A stretch of 20,000 bases of DNA, taken from an uncultured virus (IMG/VR IMGVR_UViG_3300005607_000414) (taxonomy: Duplodnaviria > Heunggongvirae > Uroviricota > Caudoviricetes). The notes beneath the pieces are model-generated. The model was given only the letters and a program-made list of their open reading frames with translations. It had not been told where the DNA came from and ran no database searches. Positions 1-9,164 of the stretch are shown one piece after another. The first letter of the stretch is position 1. Every line of letters begins with the position of its first letter. Where the stretch lies: IMG/VR virus record IMGVR_UViG_3300005607_000414. One strand, written 5' to 3'. A program made the translations under genes and the position numbers.

Positions 1-510
1 GCCCGCGCGGATGTCCTCGATGGGCGTCGAGGCGCCGTCGTTCCACTGAAGGAACTCGCCAGCACCAGGCGCGGCGGCTTTGCCCGCCACGTCGGTGGCC
101 CACTTGCTGGCTGCGAAGAGGTTGGCGGCGAAAATCTTCTCGCGCCGGATGAGCGCCTGCTGCGTGAGGAACTCCGTGGCGTCCCGATCCATGTTGAGCA
201 CGGCGTCGGCGTTGCCGCGCAACTGGTCGGGGATCGGCTTCGACTCGGCCCACACGTCGCAGAAGTACGTCGGCGTGTTGTCGAGCTTGTAGCCGACGCT
301 CGTGGCGGGAGTGCCGGGAGCGCGCTTCTGCATCTGGTCGCGGAAGAAGTCGCCCCGGTTATAGACGTAATACCGGTCGGACTGCTTGGAGACCGGGATC
401 ACGGGAGCGAACTGCGCGGCCACGAACTCCGTCTGGCTTTGCAGGTACGCGATGCTGATCTGCGTCAGCGGCGTGTTTACATGGACATCACCGGGAGTCG
501 GCGTGTACAT
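1..510 (-). CDS. Major capsid protein (lambda gpE-like), runs off the left edge
   Basis: Not in the ORF track. Manual translation from ATG 510 gives MYTPTPGDVHVNTPLTQISIAYLQSQTEFVAAQFAPVIPVSKQSDRYYVY...WNDGASTPIEDIRAG, open to position 1. AAAGGAG RBS; lies after the protease and decoration genes. Confidence 0.85.
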   Translation of the reverse strand, partial: MYTPTPGDVHVNTPLTQISIAYLQSQTEFVAAQFAPVIPVSKQSDRYYVYNRGDFFRDQMQKRAPGTPATSVGYKLDNTPTYFCDVWAESKPIPDQLRGNADAVLNMDRDATEFLTQQALIRREKIFAANLFAASKWATDVAGKAAAPGAGEFLQWNDGASTPIEDIRAG

Positions 511-542
511 CGTTCAGTTCTCCTTTCGTTGTCTGTGCGGGC

Positions 543-580
543 AATAAAAAAGGCCCCGGAGCCTCGCGGCCCGGAGCCTT
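543..580 (-). terminator. Intrinsic terminator-like hairpin between decoration and capsid genes
   Basis: Minus strand AAGGCTCCGGGCC-GCGA-GGCTCCGGGGCCTT followed by TTTTATT: a stem with one bulge and a GNRA loop. Confidence 0.7.
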
Positions 581-603
581 GTTCGCACCCGCTTGTTGGT
601 TGA

Positions 604-966
604 CTACCGCTGAAGGATCAGCAGGGCGGGGATGATGGACCCGTCCCCGGCGCCCGCAGCCAGAGCCCTTGCGAGGATCTTCCCCGCAGCCTGCGTCACT
701 GCCTTACCAGCAGCGTCCGCTTCGAGCAACGCGCCGTTCGCCACGGCAGCGCCGCACATGACCTTGACCACCATGCCAGGCGTCGCATAGAGCGCGCAGG
801 GACGGCCCGCCGCAGCGGGCTTATCCGCAATCACTCCGTCCGCGGCAAGGCCCGCGCCGGTCACCGCCACCCCGGTAGCACCGATGGTGCCGAACAGAAA
901 CTGCTTCGCAGAGAGGTCGGCACTGGCAGGAACGGAAATCGCTTGGTTTCCAACTTCGTAAGCCAT
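604..966 (-). CDS. Head decoration / capsid cement protein (DUF2190-like)
   Basis: 120 aa, Ala/Gly-rich, with GAAVANGALLEADAAGKAV and ARALAAG..G.II patterns. Sits between protease and capsid; strong AAAGGAG RBS. Confidence 0.75.
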   Translation of the reverse strand: MAYEVGNQAISVPASADLSAKQFLFGTIGATGVAVTGAGLAADGVIADKPAAAGRPCALYATPGMVVKVMCGAAVANGALLEADAAGKAVTQAAGKILARALAAGAGDGSIIPALLILQR

Positions 967-1001
967 CGTTCGTTTCTCCTTTCGTGGATTGGCTCGCCGC
1001 C

Positions 1002-1541
1002 TTAGTTCGGCTTCACCGTGGCCGACTTCTCAGCGAGGTACTGCTGGTAAAGAGCAGGCTGGAGCTTCATCGCCTCCACGTACGCCTGCGCGAACGTGAT
1101 GTGCTTGCTGGCCGCGATCTGCGTGGCGGCAGCGTTCAACTGCGCCTCCGCGCCCACCGGAGCAGCGTCGGTGTGCGAACTGATCTGCGTACCCTGCGAC
1201 TTCGCGGCTTTGCGCGCCAGGAGGGACTCGCGCGCCTGCGCAGGCGTCAGGCGCTTCGAGATGGCCTCCGCGAGAAATCCGGGTTCACCGGCCAACGTGC
1301 AGAGCGCCGCGATCTCCTCGTGCTCGCCGCGGATGCGCGCCTCGATAGCTGCGGCGTCCGGAGCGGGCGGCGCGGCCGGAGGCGCAGCAGCGGGCTCCGG
1401 AGTGGGCGGCGCGGCGGCGGAAGGCTGGGCCGGCGGTTGGGCAGCGGGGGCCGGAGCCTCCGTGCCAGTCTTCGTTTCGGCGGGCGCAGCACCCTGCGGG
1501 TTCGGAACGTCTGCCGGTTTGGTCTCGGTCGTTTGAGGCAT
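1002..1541 (-). CDS. Probable nested in-frame scaffolding protein (Nu3-like)
   Basis: Internal ATG (MPQTTETK) at 1541 preceded by AAGGAAAGGACGAGGA. Lambda Nu3 is translated in-frame from within gene C. Confidence 0.55.
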   Translation of the reverse strand: MPQTTETKPADVPNPQGAAPAETKTGTEAPAPAAQPPAQPSAAAPPTPEPAAAPPAAPPAPDAAAIEARIRGEHEEIAALCTLAGEPGFLAEAISKRLTPAQARESLLARKAAKSQGTQISSHTDAAPVGAEAQLNAAATQIAASKHITFAQAYVEAMKLQPALYQQYLAEKSATVKPN

Positions 1542-2507
1542 CGTCGTATCCTCGTCCTTTCCTTGCTCGATTTGCGCTTCGGCAGACGCCGTTGCGCGAG
1601 ACTGCCTGAAGCCCTTCGCCGCCTGAGTCACCGCAGCGAGAGCATCATCAAAACTGCCAACCTGATCTGCAAGCCCTGCGGAGATCGCCTTCTCCCCCCA
1701 GAACAGGCCCGCATCCGTGTTCCGGATGAGCGCGGGCTTGAGGCCCCGGTTGCGCGCAACCGCCGTCACGAACATGTCGTAAAGCCGGTCCACCTCCGTT
1801 TGGAGGTTCGCGCGGGCGTCGTCCGACAACGGCTGGTGCGTCGAGAAGTCGTTCTTCCGCGCGCCAGCATAGACCGCCGTGTACTTGCGCCCGACCTTCT
1901 CGTCCCATCCGGACTGATCCATGTGGACCGCGATCACGCCGATGGAACCCACGCCGCCCGTCCTGGTGAGGAACAGGCGTTGCGCGCTCGAAGCCAGAGC
2001 GTACGCAGCCGAGAACGCCTCGTCGTTGGCGATGGCGTAACACGGCTTCTGGTCGCGGACGGCGTACACCTCGTCCGCGAGATCGAACAGCCCGCCGACC
2101 TCGCCGCCAGGCGAGTCAACGTCGAGCAGGATGCCGCGGATACCGGGATCGTCGCGGGCGTCCGCGAGGTGGCTGCGGATCTGCTCGTAAGACTGAAGGC
2201 CGGATTCGGCGTCCATCCACGACGCCTTTTTCACCAGCGTGCCGGAGACGGAGAGAACCGCGATACCGTCCGGAGTCACCGGGTACGGCTTCCGGCCGGA
2301 TGCGAGGGACAGAATCTCGTCGTCCTCTTCCTCGTCGTCCGGAGCGGGACGGGTGACCACAACCGGCATCCCCTCGACCACGACATGCTCGCGCATTCCA
2401 ATGCGCGGGCCGATGGCCTCCAGAATCACCATCAACTTGTCGATCTGGACCATCAGAGGCACGCCAAACACGCGCGCCGCGAGGTGCGGCAGATAGTTCT
2501 GCTTCAC
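1002..2507 (-). CDS. S49 family prohead protease (lambda gpC-like) with C-terminal scaffold domain
   Basis: Motifs LDVDSPGGEV, AFSAAYALAS, GGVGSIGV and GLADQVGSFDDA, then a Pro/Ala-rich linker and helical tail. The start overlaps the portal stop. Confidence 0.92.
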   Translation of the reverse strand: MKQNYLPHLAARVFGVPLMVQIDKLMVILEAIGPRIGMREHVVVEGMPVVVTRPAPDDEEEDDEILSLASGRKPYPVTPDGIAVLSVSGTLVKKASWMDAESGLQSYEQIRSHLADARDDPGIRGILLDVDSPGGEVGGLFDLADEVYAVRDQKPCYAIANDEAFSAAYALASSAQRLFLTRTGGVGSIGVIAVHMDQSGWDEKVGRKYTAVYAGARKNDFSTHQPLSDDARANLQTEVDRLYDMFVTAVARNRGLKPALIRNTDAGLFWGEKAISAGLADQVGSFDDALAAVTQAAKGFRQSRATASAEAQIEQGKDEDTTMPQTTETKPADVPNPQGAAPAETKTGTEAPAPAAQPPAQPSAAAPPTPEPAAAPPAAPPAPDAAAIEARIRGEHEEIAALCTLAGEPGFLAEAISKRLTPAQARESLLARKAAKSQGTQISSHTDAAPVGAEAQLNAAATQIAASKHITFAQAYVEAMKLQPALYQQYLAEKSATVKPN

Positions 2508-4153
2508 TTTTTGGGCTCCTTCCCTCGCTTCTTCGTGGGTGGCTTGGCGGGCGTCTTCGCCGGAGGCTTGGCAGGCTGGCCGCTTTCGCCGCCGTCCGCT
2601 TCGCCCTCCGGCGTCACATCCTCGATCTTTTGGGCGCCACGGGCGTCCGTCCTGCGCGGGTCGGAGTCGAAGACCAACTCCAACTCGTCGGCGCGCTCGT
2701 TGTCCTTGGCGATCTGCTGATCGACCGCCTCCTCGTCCTCGCCCGTTTCGTTGATGGACATACTGCGCGACTTCAAGCCCGCACGGATCGCCAGCACTTC
2801 AGCCTTCACGTCCTTCTCCGGATCAACCCATGCCCACTTCGGCGTGTGGTGCTGGACCGCCAGATACAGGGAGCGGTTGGCCTGGTAGTCACGGGCATCC
2901 AACTCACCGGCCAACACCGCCGCCTCGATGAACGCGCGCCACACCGGACGGCAGAACTGGTGGATGAAGACGCCGTACTGGATCTGCTCGCAGAGCCTCC
3001 GGAACGAGAGGATGCCCGCGCGGATCGAGCTATAGCTCGTCTGCGAGAGATCGCCGGTCAGCATGTCGTACGGCAGGCCCAAGCCCGCACCAATCCGCAG
3101 GAGTGTCTGGCGTTCGAACGCCTCGTAGTTCCCGCCCACGTCGGCGGGATCGGTGAACTTCACATCCTCGCCGGGTTCGAGATCCATCATCGTCCCGGCT
3201 TCGAGTTGCGCCACCTGGACGCCTTGCTCGTTGGACTCGATCTGCCCTCCGGCATCGGTCGCCTGCGGCCCGTCCTGCTCGTTGCCGAAGAACGGGTCCT
3301 CCGGGTTCTGCCGGATGATGAACGCCATCATCATGGCGGCGAACTTCTTCCGGAGCAGTTCGGCGTCGTCGTACTGATCGAGTTCCCACAACCGCACGAG
3401 TGCGTTGGCCAGCCACGGCACGCCACGGAGTTGGCCGGGGCGCATCGGACGGAACACGTGCATGATCTCGTCTGCCGGTACCCGGATCAGATCGAGATAG
3501 TTCGGGAAGAACAACCGCTCGCCAGGATGCTCCTTGTAGAAGTAGTAAGCCGTCCTCCGCTTCTGCTGGTCGAACTCGATCGACGCGCGCACGACATTGC
3601 CCTGCGGCGTCTCCGGCGTGGGGCGCGCGAGGTAGAACGGCAACTGCTCCGTCTCCATCAACTGGAGTTGAAGCGGAACAGTCAGGCCCCAATCCATCGG
3701 ACGGATGTGCTTCCGGACGAAGCACTCGCCGCCTTCCACCATCGACCGGAAGGCGAGCGCCTGAAAGCCGTAGAAGTCGGTCAAGCCATCGGCATCGCAC
3801 TCGTTTACGAACTGCGACCAGAGGTTCTGGATCTTCTCCTTCGTGGTCGCGTCCGGATGAAGCGACTGCGGCTTGATGCCGTTGCCGACAGCGTTGCAGA
3901 CCCACTCATCGATGGCCTTGCCCGCCCACCCGTCCTTACGGGCGAGGTCGCGGGAGCGCGCGACCAACTGGTCCGCGCTCTGATACCAGACGGAGTTGAC
4001 GGCATCGCGGGTCGTGGACCACGTGCCGAGCCGCCGGCCGGTCGTCGCGCCCTCGTACGGAGACGCGCTCGCGCGGCGCGCGAGCGCACCGCCAGGCGCA
4101 ACCGCCCCGCTCCGCTTGAAGCGGGTCAAAAAACTGGAGAGTTTGAACGCCAT
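2504..4153 (-). CDS. Phage portal protein, lambda family
   Basis: 549 aa with motifs RSRDLARKD, RPGQLRGVPW, YDMLTGDLSQTSYSSIRAG and WVDPEKD; follows the terminase and gpW genes. Confidence 0.95.
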   Translation of the reverse strand: MAFKLSSFLTRFKRSGAVAPGGALARRASASPYEGATTGRRLGTWSTTRDAVNSVWYQSADQLVARSRDLARKDGWAGKAIDEWVCNAVGNGIKPQSLHPDATTKEKIQNLWSQFVNECDADGLTDFYGFQALAFRSMVEGGECFVRKHIRPMDWGLTVPLQLQLMETEQLPFYLARPTPETPQGNVVRASIEFDQQKRRTAYYFYKEHPGERLFFPNYLDLIRVPADEIMHVFRPMRPGQLRGVPWLANALVRLWELDQYDDAELLRKKFAAMMMAFIIRQNPEDPFFGNEQDGPQATDAGGQIESNEQGVQVAQLEAGTMMDLEPGEDVKFTDPADVGGNYEAFERQTLLRIGAGLGLPYDMLTGDLSQTSYSSIRAGILSFRRLCEQIQYGVFIHQFCRPVWRAFIEAAVLAGELDARDYQANRSLYLAVQHHTPKWAWVDPEKDVKAEVLAIRAGLKSRSMSINETGEDEEAVDQQIAKDNERADELELVFDSDPRRTDARGAQKIEDVTPEGEADGGESGQPAKPPAKTPAKPPTKKRGKEPKK

Positions 4154-4365
4154 TAGAAGCCCTTGCTCGACATCAGGCGCGTCTGGCGTTTGCGAACGCC
4201 CGACTTGGCGCGGTTCGAATTGACCATGTACTGCTGCGCCTTGATCTCCTCATCCGTGGTGCGGAACTCTACCGCGCGCCCGTCCGGAGCGACGACGCGC
4301 TTCTCGGGCGATGCAATGCGGTCCAGCGAGTCCTGAACCTGCTGGTCAGTAAACGTGTTTGCCAT
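4153..4365 (-). CDS. Head-to-tail joining protein (gpW-like)
   Basis: 70 aa between terL and portal, with a DGRAVEFRT motif and a C-terminal SSKGF. Confidence 0.7.
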   Translation of the reverse strand: MANTFTDQQVQDSLDRIASPEKRVVAPDGRAVEFRTTDEEIKAQQYMVNSNRAKSGVRKRQTRLMSSKGF

Positions 4366-4368
4366 CGC

Positions 4369-6306
4369 TCACATCCCGAAGCGCCCGCTCACCCGCCGGC
4401 CACGGCGCGCGGCTGGCGCGGGTGCTTTCGTTGGGGGCGGTGCCTGTACCTGCGGCGCGGGCCGTGGCGCCGACGCGACCGGCAGGCCCATGCGATCCGC
4501 GACGATCTTCCAGTGCTTCTCCTGGAAGCGATCCAGCCCGACGCGCGCCGCCGCCGCACGGGCGTACACACGGCAGTCCAGAGCCTCGTTGCGGTCGCGC
4601 ATCTTCTGCCACTCCAGTTTGCGGTAGCCCTTGACGAGCTTCGCCACCAACTGTTCAGCGGTGATCTGCTTGAAGTACTCCTCGCTGTAGCGCGGGAAGT
4701 GGCAGTATCCGGGCGGGAACGGGATTCCCTGTTCGAGATCCTCGTCGGTCGGACGTTCAAGCCGGAGCCATCGGTACAACTCCTCCTTCGCCATTCCGGA
4801 GTTGACCGGCCAGACTTTAACGCCCCGCTTCAATTTTACGCCCAGCGGTCCAACTTCGATCGGAGAAGCAGCACCGATAATCGCGGGAGCGCGCGAGTCG
4901 CCTTTGATCACCAGGACGCGATGGCCCTGCCGCCGCGCCCATTCGTACACCTCGTTGGTCGCGTAACCGGAGTCCACGGCCAACTGAATGATCGGCAACT
5001 CCAGTCCGGAAACCGTTGTGAACGTCTCGTTCAGCAGGCCGGTGAGTTTCTCCCATACCTGCGGGCGCGCGGTGTCGCCTTCGAAGACCCGGTAGTCAAT
5101 CGACCACGATTCCTTACCGCGCCCCCACGCGACGACCTCGACCTCGATGCGATCCCGCTGAACGTCCGCTCCGGCCGTAACGAAGATACCGCCGCGAGGC
5201 ACGAGGCCGATCTTATACGCCTCGCGCCGGTCGTACAGGATCTTCCAGTCCGGAGCCTCACCCAGCAGCGTCCACGTTTCGCCCAGCACGGTGTTCACGA
5301 AGACCTGAAGCAGCGACGGGTTCTTCTGCGCCTGCTCGAACTGCTTGGCGGCGTCTCCCCACGAGAACCAGCCGACCGGCGAGTACATGCTCGACAAGTG
5401 GAAGCCCGCCGTCTTGCCGTCTCCCTTGGCGGTCGCACGCCACTGGCCGCGCGGCAGCATCCACTGCTTCTGGTGGTTCTGAATCTCCTGGCCGCAATGC
5501 TCGCAGATGTACACCGCCTTCTCCGCTTCGCCCTTGGGCCACCGGAGTTGCGGAAACTTCAAGACCTGGAACTCCCGGCAGATCGGGCACGGAACGGCGA
5601 AGTACCGCTTGTCCGACTCCTCGAACGCCGCCTCGATCCGCGACATGCCGGTGATCTTCGGCGTCGAGACGAGGAACACCTTGCGGCGGGCGAACGTGCG
5701 GGTGCGCGCCATCGCCAGATTGATCGGGTCGCCCTCGCCGTCCACATCGCCGGGATACCCGTCCACCTCGTCCAGGAACAGGTAACGCGCCGCCATCGAG
5801 CGCAGGCCGATCGCGCTATTCGCGCCGGTCATCACCAGGACGCCGCCCGGAAACTCCTTCGCCAGCACCGTGTTTCCGGAGTCGCGCGAGCGCGGGTCGT
5901 GGACGAGGTTTCGGAGCACCTCCGACTCCTCGATCAGGGGATCGACCCTCTGCTTCGAGTTGCGCTTGGCCATCTCGACGGTCGGCTGCACCGCCATCAT
6001 CGGGCCTGGCGCCTGATGGATCACGTACCCGATCCAATTGTTACCGCACTCGGTCCCGCCGATCTGCGCGCCCTTCATGAACACCGTGCGCTCGATCAGG
6101 CTGGTCGGCGACAGGCAGTCCATGATCTCGCGCAGGTACGGCGTCCGGTCGGTGCGCCACTGTCCCGGTTCGCTCGACGCCCGTTGCGAGAGCGTCCGAT
6201 ACTTGTCGGCCCACTGCGAGATCGTGAGGAACGGATCGGGACGCGCGCCAGCAGCCGCCGACGCCCGGATGATCGCTTCAGTTGACGAGGCTGTCTGCGT
6301 AATCAT
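4369..6306 (-). CDS. Terminase large subunit (lambda gpA family)
   Basis: 645 aa with the Walker-A-like MKGAQIGGTE, Walker B YLFLDEVD, VSTP, CPIC/CEHC Zn motifs, and nuclease motifs ADVQ and RNEALDC. Confidence 0.97.
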   Translation of the reverse strand: MITQTASSTEAIIRASAAAGARPDPFLTISQWADKYRTLSQRASSEPGQWRTDRTPYLREIMDCLSPTSLIERTVFMKGAQIGGTECGNNWIGYVIHQAPGPMMAVQPTVEMAKRNSKQRVDPLIEESEVLRNLVHDPRSRDSGNTVLAKEFPGGVLVMTGANSAIGLRSMAARYLFLDEVDGYPGDVDGEGDPINLAMARTRTFARRKVFLVSTPKITGMSRIEAAFEESDKRYFAVPCPICREFQVLKFPQLRWPKGEAEKAVYICEHCGQEIQNHQKQWMLPRGQWRATAKGDGKTAGFHLSSMYSPVGWFSWGDAAKQFEQAQKNPSLLQVFVNTVLGETWTLLGEAPDWKILYDRREAYKIGLVPRGGIFVTAGADVQRDRIEVEVVAWGRGKESWSIDYRVFEGDTARPQVWEKLTGLLNETFTTVSGLELPIIQLAVDSGYATNEVYEWARRQGHRVLVIKGDSRAPAIIGAASPIEVGPLGVKLKRGVKVWPVNSGMAKEELYRWLRLERPTDEDLEQGIPFPPGYCHFPRYSEEYFKQITAEQLVAKLVKGYRKLEWQKMRDRNEALDCRVYARAAAARVGLDRFQEKHWKIVADRMGLPVASAPRPAPQVQAPPPTKAPAPAARRGRRVSGRFGM

Positions 6307-6820
6307 TCAGGCCCTTGCGAATCTCGTCCGTGAGAATCTCGTGGATGCGAGACGTGTCGAGCGCGTCGGCCCGCTCTGCTGGCACGCCCGCGCCGAGCAG
6401 GATGTCCTTCACCTCCGCTGCGATGCTGGCGCACACCCGATCCGCGATGTTGAGCATCGCGTCCCGGCGCTGCCGGTCGATGTTGAACTGCGCGATCTTT
6501 ACCTCGTCCTTGGAGACGAGACTGCCGACCTTCTCCTCGTACTCGATCTTGGCGAGGCGCGCCTGGTAGTGCTCCCGAACCGCCCGCGCCTTGGTGTACT
6601 GCGCCGCGCCGAAGCCGTCGCCGTCGTCCTCCGGCTGGCGGCGCGTCCCAATGACGGGACCACGCTTGTGCGTATTCGTCTCCCATTCCTGATCGGCGCG
6701 GTCGGAGTCGATCCGGCCATCCGGCAGCAGCGAGATCCGGCCAGACGTAATCGCCTTTTGTACGGTGGAGAGGCCGACGCCACGGTGCCGTGCGTACGCC
6801 CTCTGGCTCAAAACTGCCAT
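6278..6820 (-). CDS. Terminase small subunit (Nu1-like)
   Basis: Likely start MAVLSQRAYARHRGVGLSTVQKAI (N-terminal HTH), coiled coil KARAVREHYQARLAKIEYEEKVGSLV; overlaps the terL start. Confidence 0.85.
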   Translation of the reverse strand: MAVLSQRAYARHRGVGLSTVQKAITSGRISLLPDGRIDSDRADQEWETNTHKRGPVIGTRRQPEDDGDGFGAAQYTKARAVREHYQARLAKIEYEEKVGSLVSKDEVKIAQFNIDRQRRDAMLNIADRVCASIAAEVKDILLGAGVPAERADALDTSRIHEILTDEIRKGLNDYADSLVN

Positions 6821-6843
6821 CGGAATTCTTTTTGAACTTTCCG

Positions 6844-6882
6844 CTTTACTTCCCGCGCGACCGGAGTGATGAATCGTCATGC
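6844..6882 (+). promoter_or_regulatory. Conserved upstream motif copy 1 (putative promoter)
   Basis: CTTTACTTCCCGCGCGACCGGAGTGATGAATCGTCATGC aligns without gaps to the copies at 7410-7479 (+) and 13387-13456 (-). Confidence 0.7.
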
Positions 6883-6921
6883 GCGGACGACAAGCCGCCA
6901 GAAAGGAAAGCAGATACGACC

Positions 6922-7353
6922 ATGACGAACGAGACCAGCACCACCGAAACCGCCGCCGTTGCGGAACAGAGCGCCAGCCCCGCGCCCGCCACGAAGAAGG
7001 CCAGCAAGAAGGCCTCCAAGAAGACCAGCAAGAAGGAAGCGAAGCCTGTCAGCAAGAAGGCCTCCAAAAAGGACGCCAAGCCCCCCGCCAAGAAGGAAGC
7101 GAAGCCCACCGGCAAGAAGACCTCCAAAGCCACGGACGGCCAGCCCCGCGAGGGCAGCAAGAAGGCCATCGTACTGGACCTCCTGCGCCGCAAGAATGGC
7201 GCGACGATGGCCGAGATCGCCAAGGCCACCGACTGGCAGAATCACTCGATTAGGGGCTTCATCTCCGGCACCCTCACCAAGAAGATGGGGCTGACGGTCG
7301 AGAGCAGCAAGAACGAGGCTGGCGACCGCGTGTACCGCATCGCCAGCAAGTAG
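6922..7353 (+). CDS. DUF3489-type winged-helix protein with Lys-rich (histone H1-like) N-terminal repeats
   Basis: ATG 6922 after GAAAGGA. KKASKK repeats, then REGSKKAIVLDLLRRKNGATMAEIAKATDWQNHSIRGFISG..KKMGL..RVYRI, typical of DUF3489. Confidence 0.85.
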   Translation: MTNETSTTETAAVAEQSASPAPATKKASKKASKKTSKKEAKPVSKKASKKDAKPPAKKEAKPTGKKTSKATDGQPREGSKKAIVLDLLRRKNGATMAEIAKATDWQNHSIRGFISGTLTKKMGLTVESSKNEAGDRVYRIASK

Positions 7354-7371
7354 GCCTCCATACCGGAGGCC

Positions 7372-7400
7372 AGCCGCCCGGTCCTCCGGGCGGCTTTATT
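7372..7400 (+). terminator. Intrinsic terminator (GCCGCCC type)
   Basis: AGCCGCCCGG-TCCT-CCGGGCGGCT then TTATT, preceded by a second hairpin GGCCTCC/GGAGGCC at 7353-7371. Confidence 0.75.
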
Positions 7401-7409
7401 AGTTCAGGG

Positions 7410-7479
7410 CGCGATTATCCCCTTGATCTTCCGCGCGACCGAAGGGATGAATGGTCGTGCAAGGAGATAAGCAGATGGC
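7410..7479 (+). promoter_or_regulatory. Conserved promoter + RBS motif copy 2
   Basis: CGCGATTATCCCCTTGATC-N17-GATGAATGGTCGTGCAAGGAGATAAGCAGATGGC. Confidence 0.7.
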
Positions 7480-7798
7480 CAGAGCCAGGAAACAGACCAA
7501 AGAGACGACGCCAGGATTTGCGATCAAGATCAACCCGCAAACGGAACTCGGCCTCGCGATGCTGATCGCGGAAACGGAAGACGGTCACTACGAGCCGGTG
7601 GCGGTAGTGTCCTCCGTATCGGAGGCGCGCGAGATTGCCGCCAGCGACTTCGCCCGCCGCCTCAAGGAAGTAGGGATGGGGTGCGAGGACGTAACCTGCC
7701 CCGCGCGGTACGCGATCTGGGCGCAGGGTATTGGCGGCGAGTACAAGCCACTCCGCGAATACGAGATCGACGGCACCGCCCCGCAGATCGAATGGTAG
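7475..7798 (+). CDS. Hypothetical protein (107 aa)
   Basis: ATG 7475 with AAGGAG RBS; flanked by the conserved promoter motif and a terminator. Confidence 0.75.
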   Translation: MARARKQTKETTPGFAIKINPQTELGLAMLIAETEDGHYEPVAVVSSVSEAREIAASDFARRLKEVGMGCEDVTCPARYAIWAQGIGGEYKPLREYEIDGTAPQIEW

Positions 7799-7813
7799 CG
7801 CGCCCCGCGCGCC

Positions 7814-7847
7814 AGCCGCCCCGAGACGGGCGGCTTCTTTGCTTCTT
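7814..7847 (+). terminator. Intrinsic terminator (GCCGCCC type)
   Basis: AGCCGCCC-CGAGAC-GGGCGGCT then TCTTTGCTTCTT. Confidence 0.75.
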
Positions 7848-7849
7848 GC

Positions 7850-9145
7850 CTATTGGCTCACCGGGTGAGCCTCCCCACTGACTTCTGCTGCCACATCATC
7901 GAACGCGCGTCCGGACCCATCGAGGCGCGCCACTTGCCCCGTGAACGCCTGCCAGCGCCGCACGATCACATCGCAGTACTTCGGGTCCAGTTCGATCACT
8001 CGCGCCTGCCGCCCGGTCTTCTCGCACGCGATGATCGTCGTCCCGCTCCCACCGAACGGGTCTAGGATCGTGTCACGCGACTTGCTGTTGTTCCGGAGGG
8101 CGCGCTCGACCAACTCGACTGGCTTCATTGTCGGGTGCTCGCGGTTTGCGCTGGGCCGCTTAATCTCCCACGTGTCGCTCTGGCCCCGGTCGCCGCACCA
8201 ATAGTGCGTGCCGCCCTCGCGCCAACCGTACATGATCGGTTCGTAGTTGTGCCGGTAGTCTCCCCAGCCCAGAGTGAAGTGGTTCTTGACCCAGATGATG
8301 ATGCCCGACCAGTGGCCTCCGGCCTCGAGGAACGCCTGCCGGAGCGTGTGCATCTCGGACGAGGACATGCAGATGTACACCGCGCCCTTGCAGACGGCCA
8401 GGATGTTCGCGGAGGCGTCCTTGAGGAAGCCGTAGAACTTGGCGCCCAGCGAGTCGTTCTGGATCTTGAGTTTGTCCTTGGTGCGGCCCTCGTAATCGAT
8501 GTTGTACGGCGGGTCGGTGAAGCACATGTCGGCCAGATCGCCAGCCAGCACCTTCTCCACATGCCCGAGGACCGTTGCATCCCCGCACAGCAACCGATGC
8601 TGCCCCATGACCCACAGGTCGCCCGCCACCGTGACGACCTTTTCCTGCTCGTCCGGAACGGCGTCCTCGTCCGTGAGTCCGGTCTTGGTCTGCTCCGGGC
8701 CCGCAAGGATCTCCTCGATCTCGTCCTCGGTGAAGCCCACAAGGTCCAAATCGAACTCGTCCTCTTTCAACGACTCCAACTCGACGCGCAGCATCTCTTC
8801 GTCCCATCCGGCACTCAGAGCCAGGCGGTTGTCCGCGAGGACGAGCGCGCGGCGTTGGGTTTCCGTGAGGTGGTCCAGGACAATGACCGGCACCTCCGTC
8901 ATCTTCAACTTGCGCGCCGCAGCCAGGCGCGCGTGGCCCGCGATGATAATTCCGTCCGCGCCGACCAGGATCGGGTTGGTCCAACCGAATTCCGCGATGC
9001 TGGCGGCGACCTGGGCGACCTGCTCCTCCGTGTGCGTCCGCGCGTTGCGGGCGTACGGAATCAGTTTATCGATCGGCCAGAACTGGACAAGGAGGTTGCG
9101 AAGGCGCTCCACAGGTTTGAGATGTTCTTCCACTTTGGCTTTCAC
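7850..9145 (-). CDS. ParB-like N-terminal domain fused to beta-class DNA methyltransferase (DPPY, probably N6-adenine)
   Basis: GTG 9145 with GGAGG RBS. ParB motifs PYARNARTH and IIAGHARL; MTase motifs FTDPPYN, HPTMKP and LDPFGGSGTT. Confidence 0.92.
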   Translation of the reverse strand: MKAKVEEHLKPVERLRNLLVQFWPIDKLIPYARNARTHTEEQVAQVAASIAEFGWTNPILVGADGIIIAGHARLAAARKLKMTEVPVIVLDHLTETQRRALVLADNRLALSAGWDEEMLRVELESLKEDEFDLDLVGFTEDEIEEILAGPEQTKTGLTDEDAVPDEQEKVVTVAGDLWVMGQHRLLCGDATVLGHVEKVLAGDLADMCFTDPPYNIDYEGRTKDKLKIQNDSLGAKFYGFLKDASANILAVCKGAVYICMSSSEMHTLRQAFLEAGGHWSGIIIWVKNHFTLGWGDYRHNYEPIMYGWREGGTHYWCGDRGQSDTWEIKRPSANREHPTMKPVELVERALRNNSKSRDTILDPFGGSGTTIIACEKTGRQARVIELDPKYCDVIVRRWQAFTGQVARLDGSGRAFDDVAAEVSGEAHPVSQ

Positions 9146-9164
9146 TCCGCAACCTCCATCTTGT

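Noticed and set aside
984..6285. Long + strand ORFs (984-2720, 2630-4156, 4513-6285)
   Set aside because: Antisense shadows of the protease, portal and terminase genes, caused by GC-rich codon bias; Arg/Leu-rich with no motifs.
6990..7130. AAGAAGGCC/AGCAAGAAG nucleotide repeats
   Set aside because: Explained by the KKASKK peptide repeats of the DUF3489 protein.
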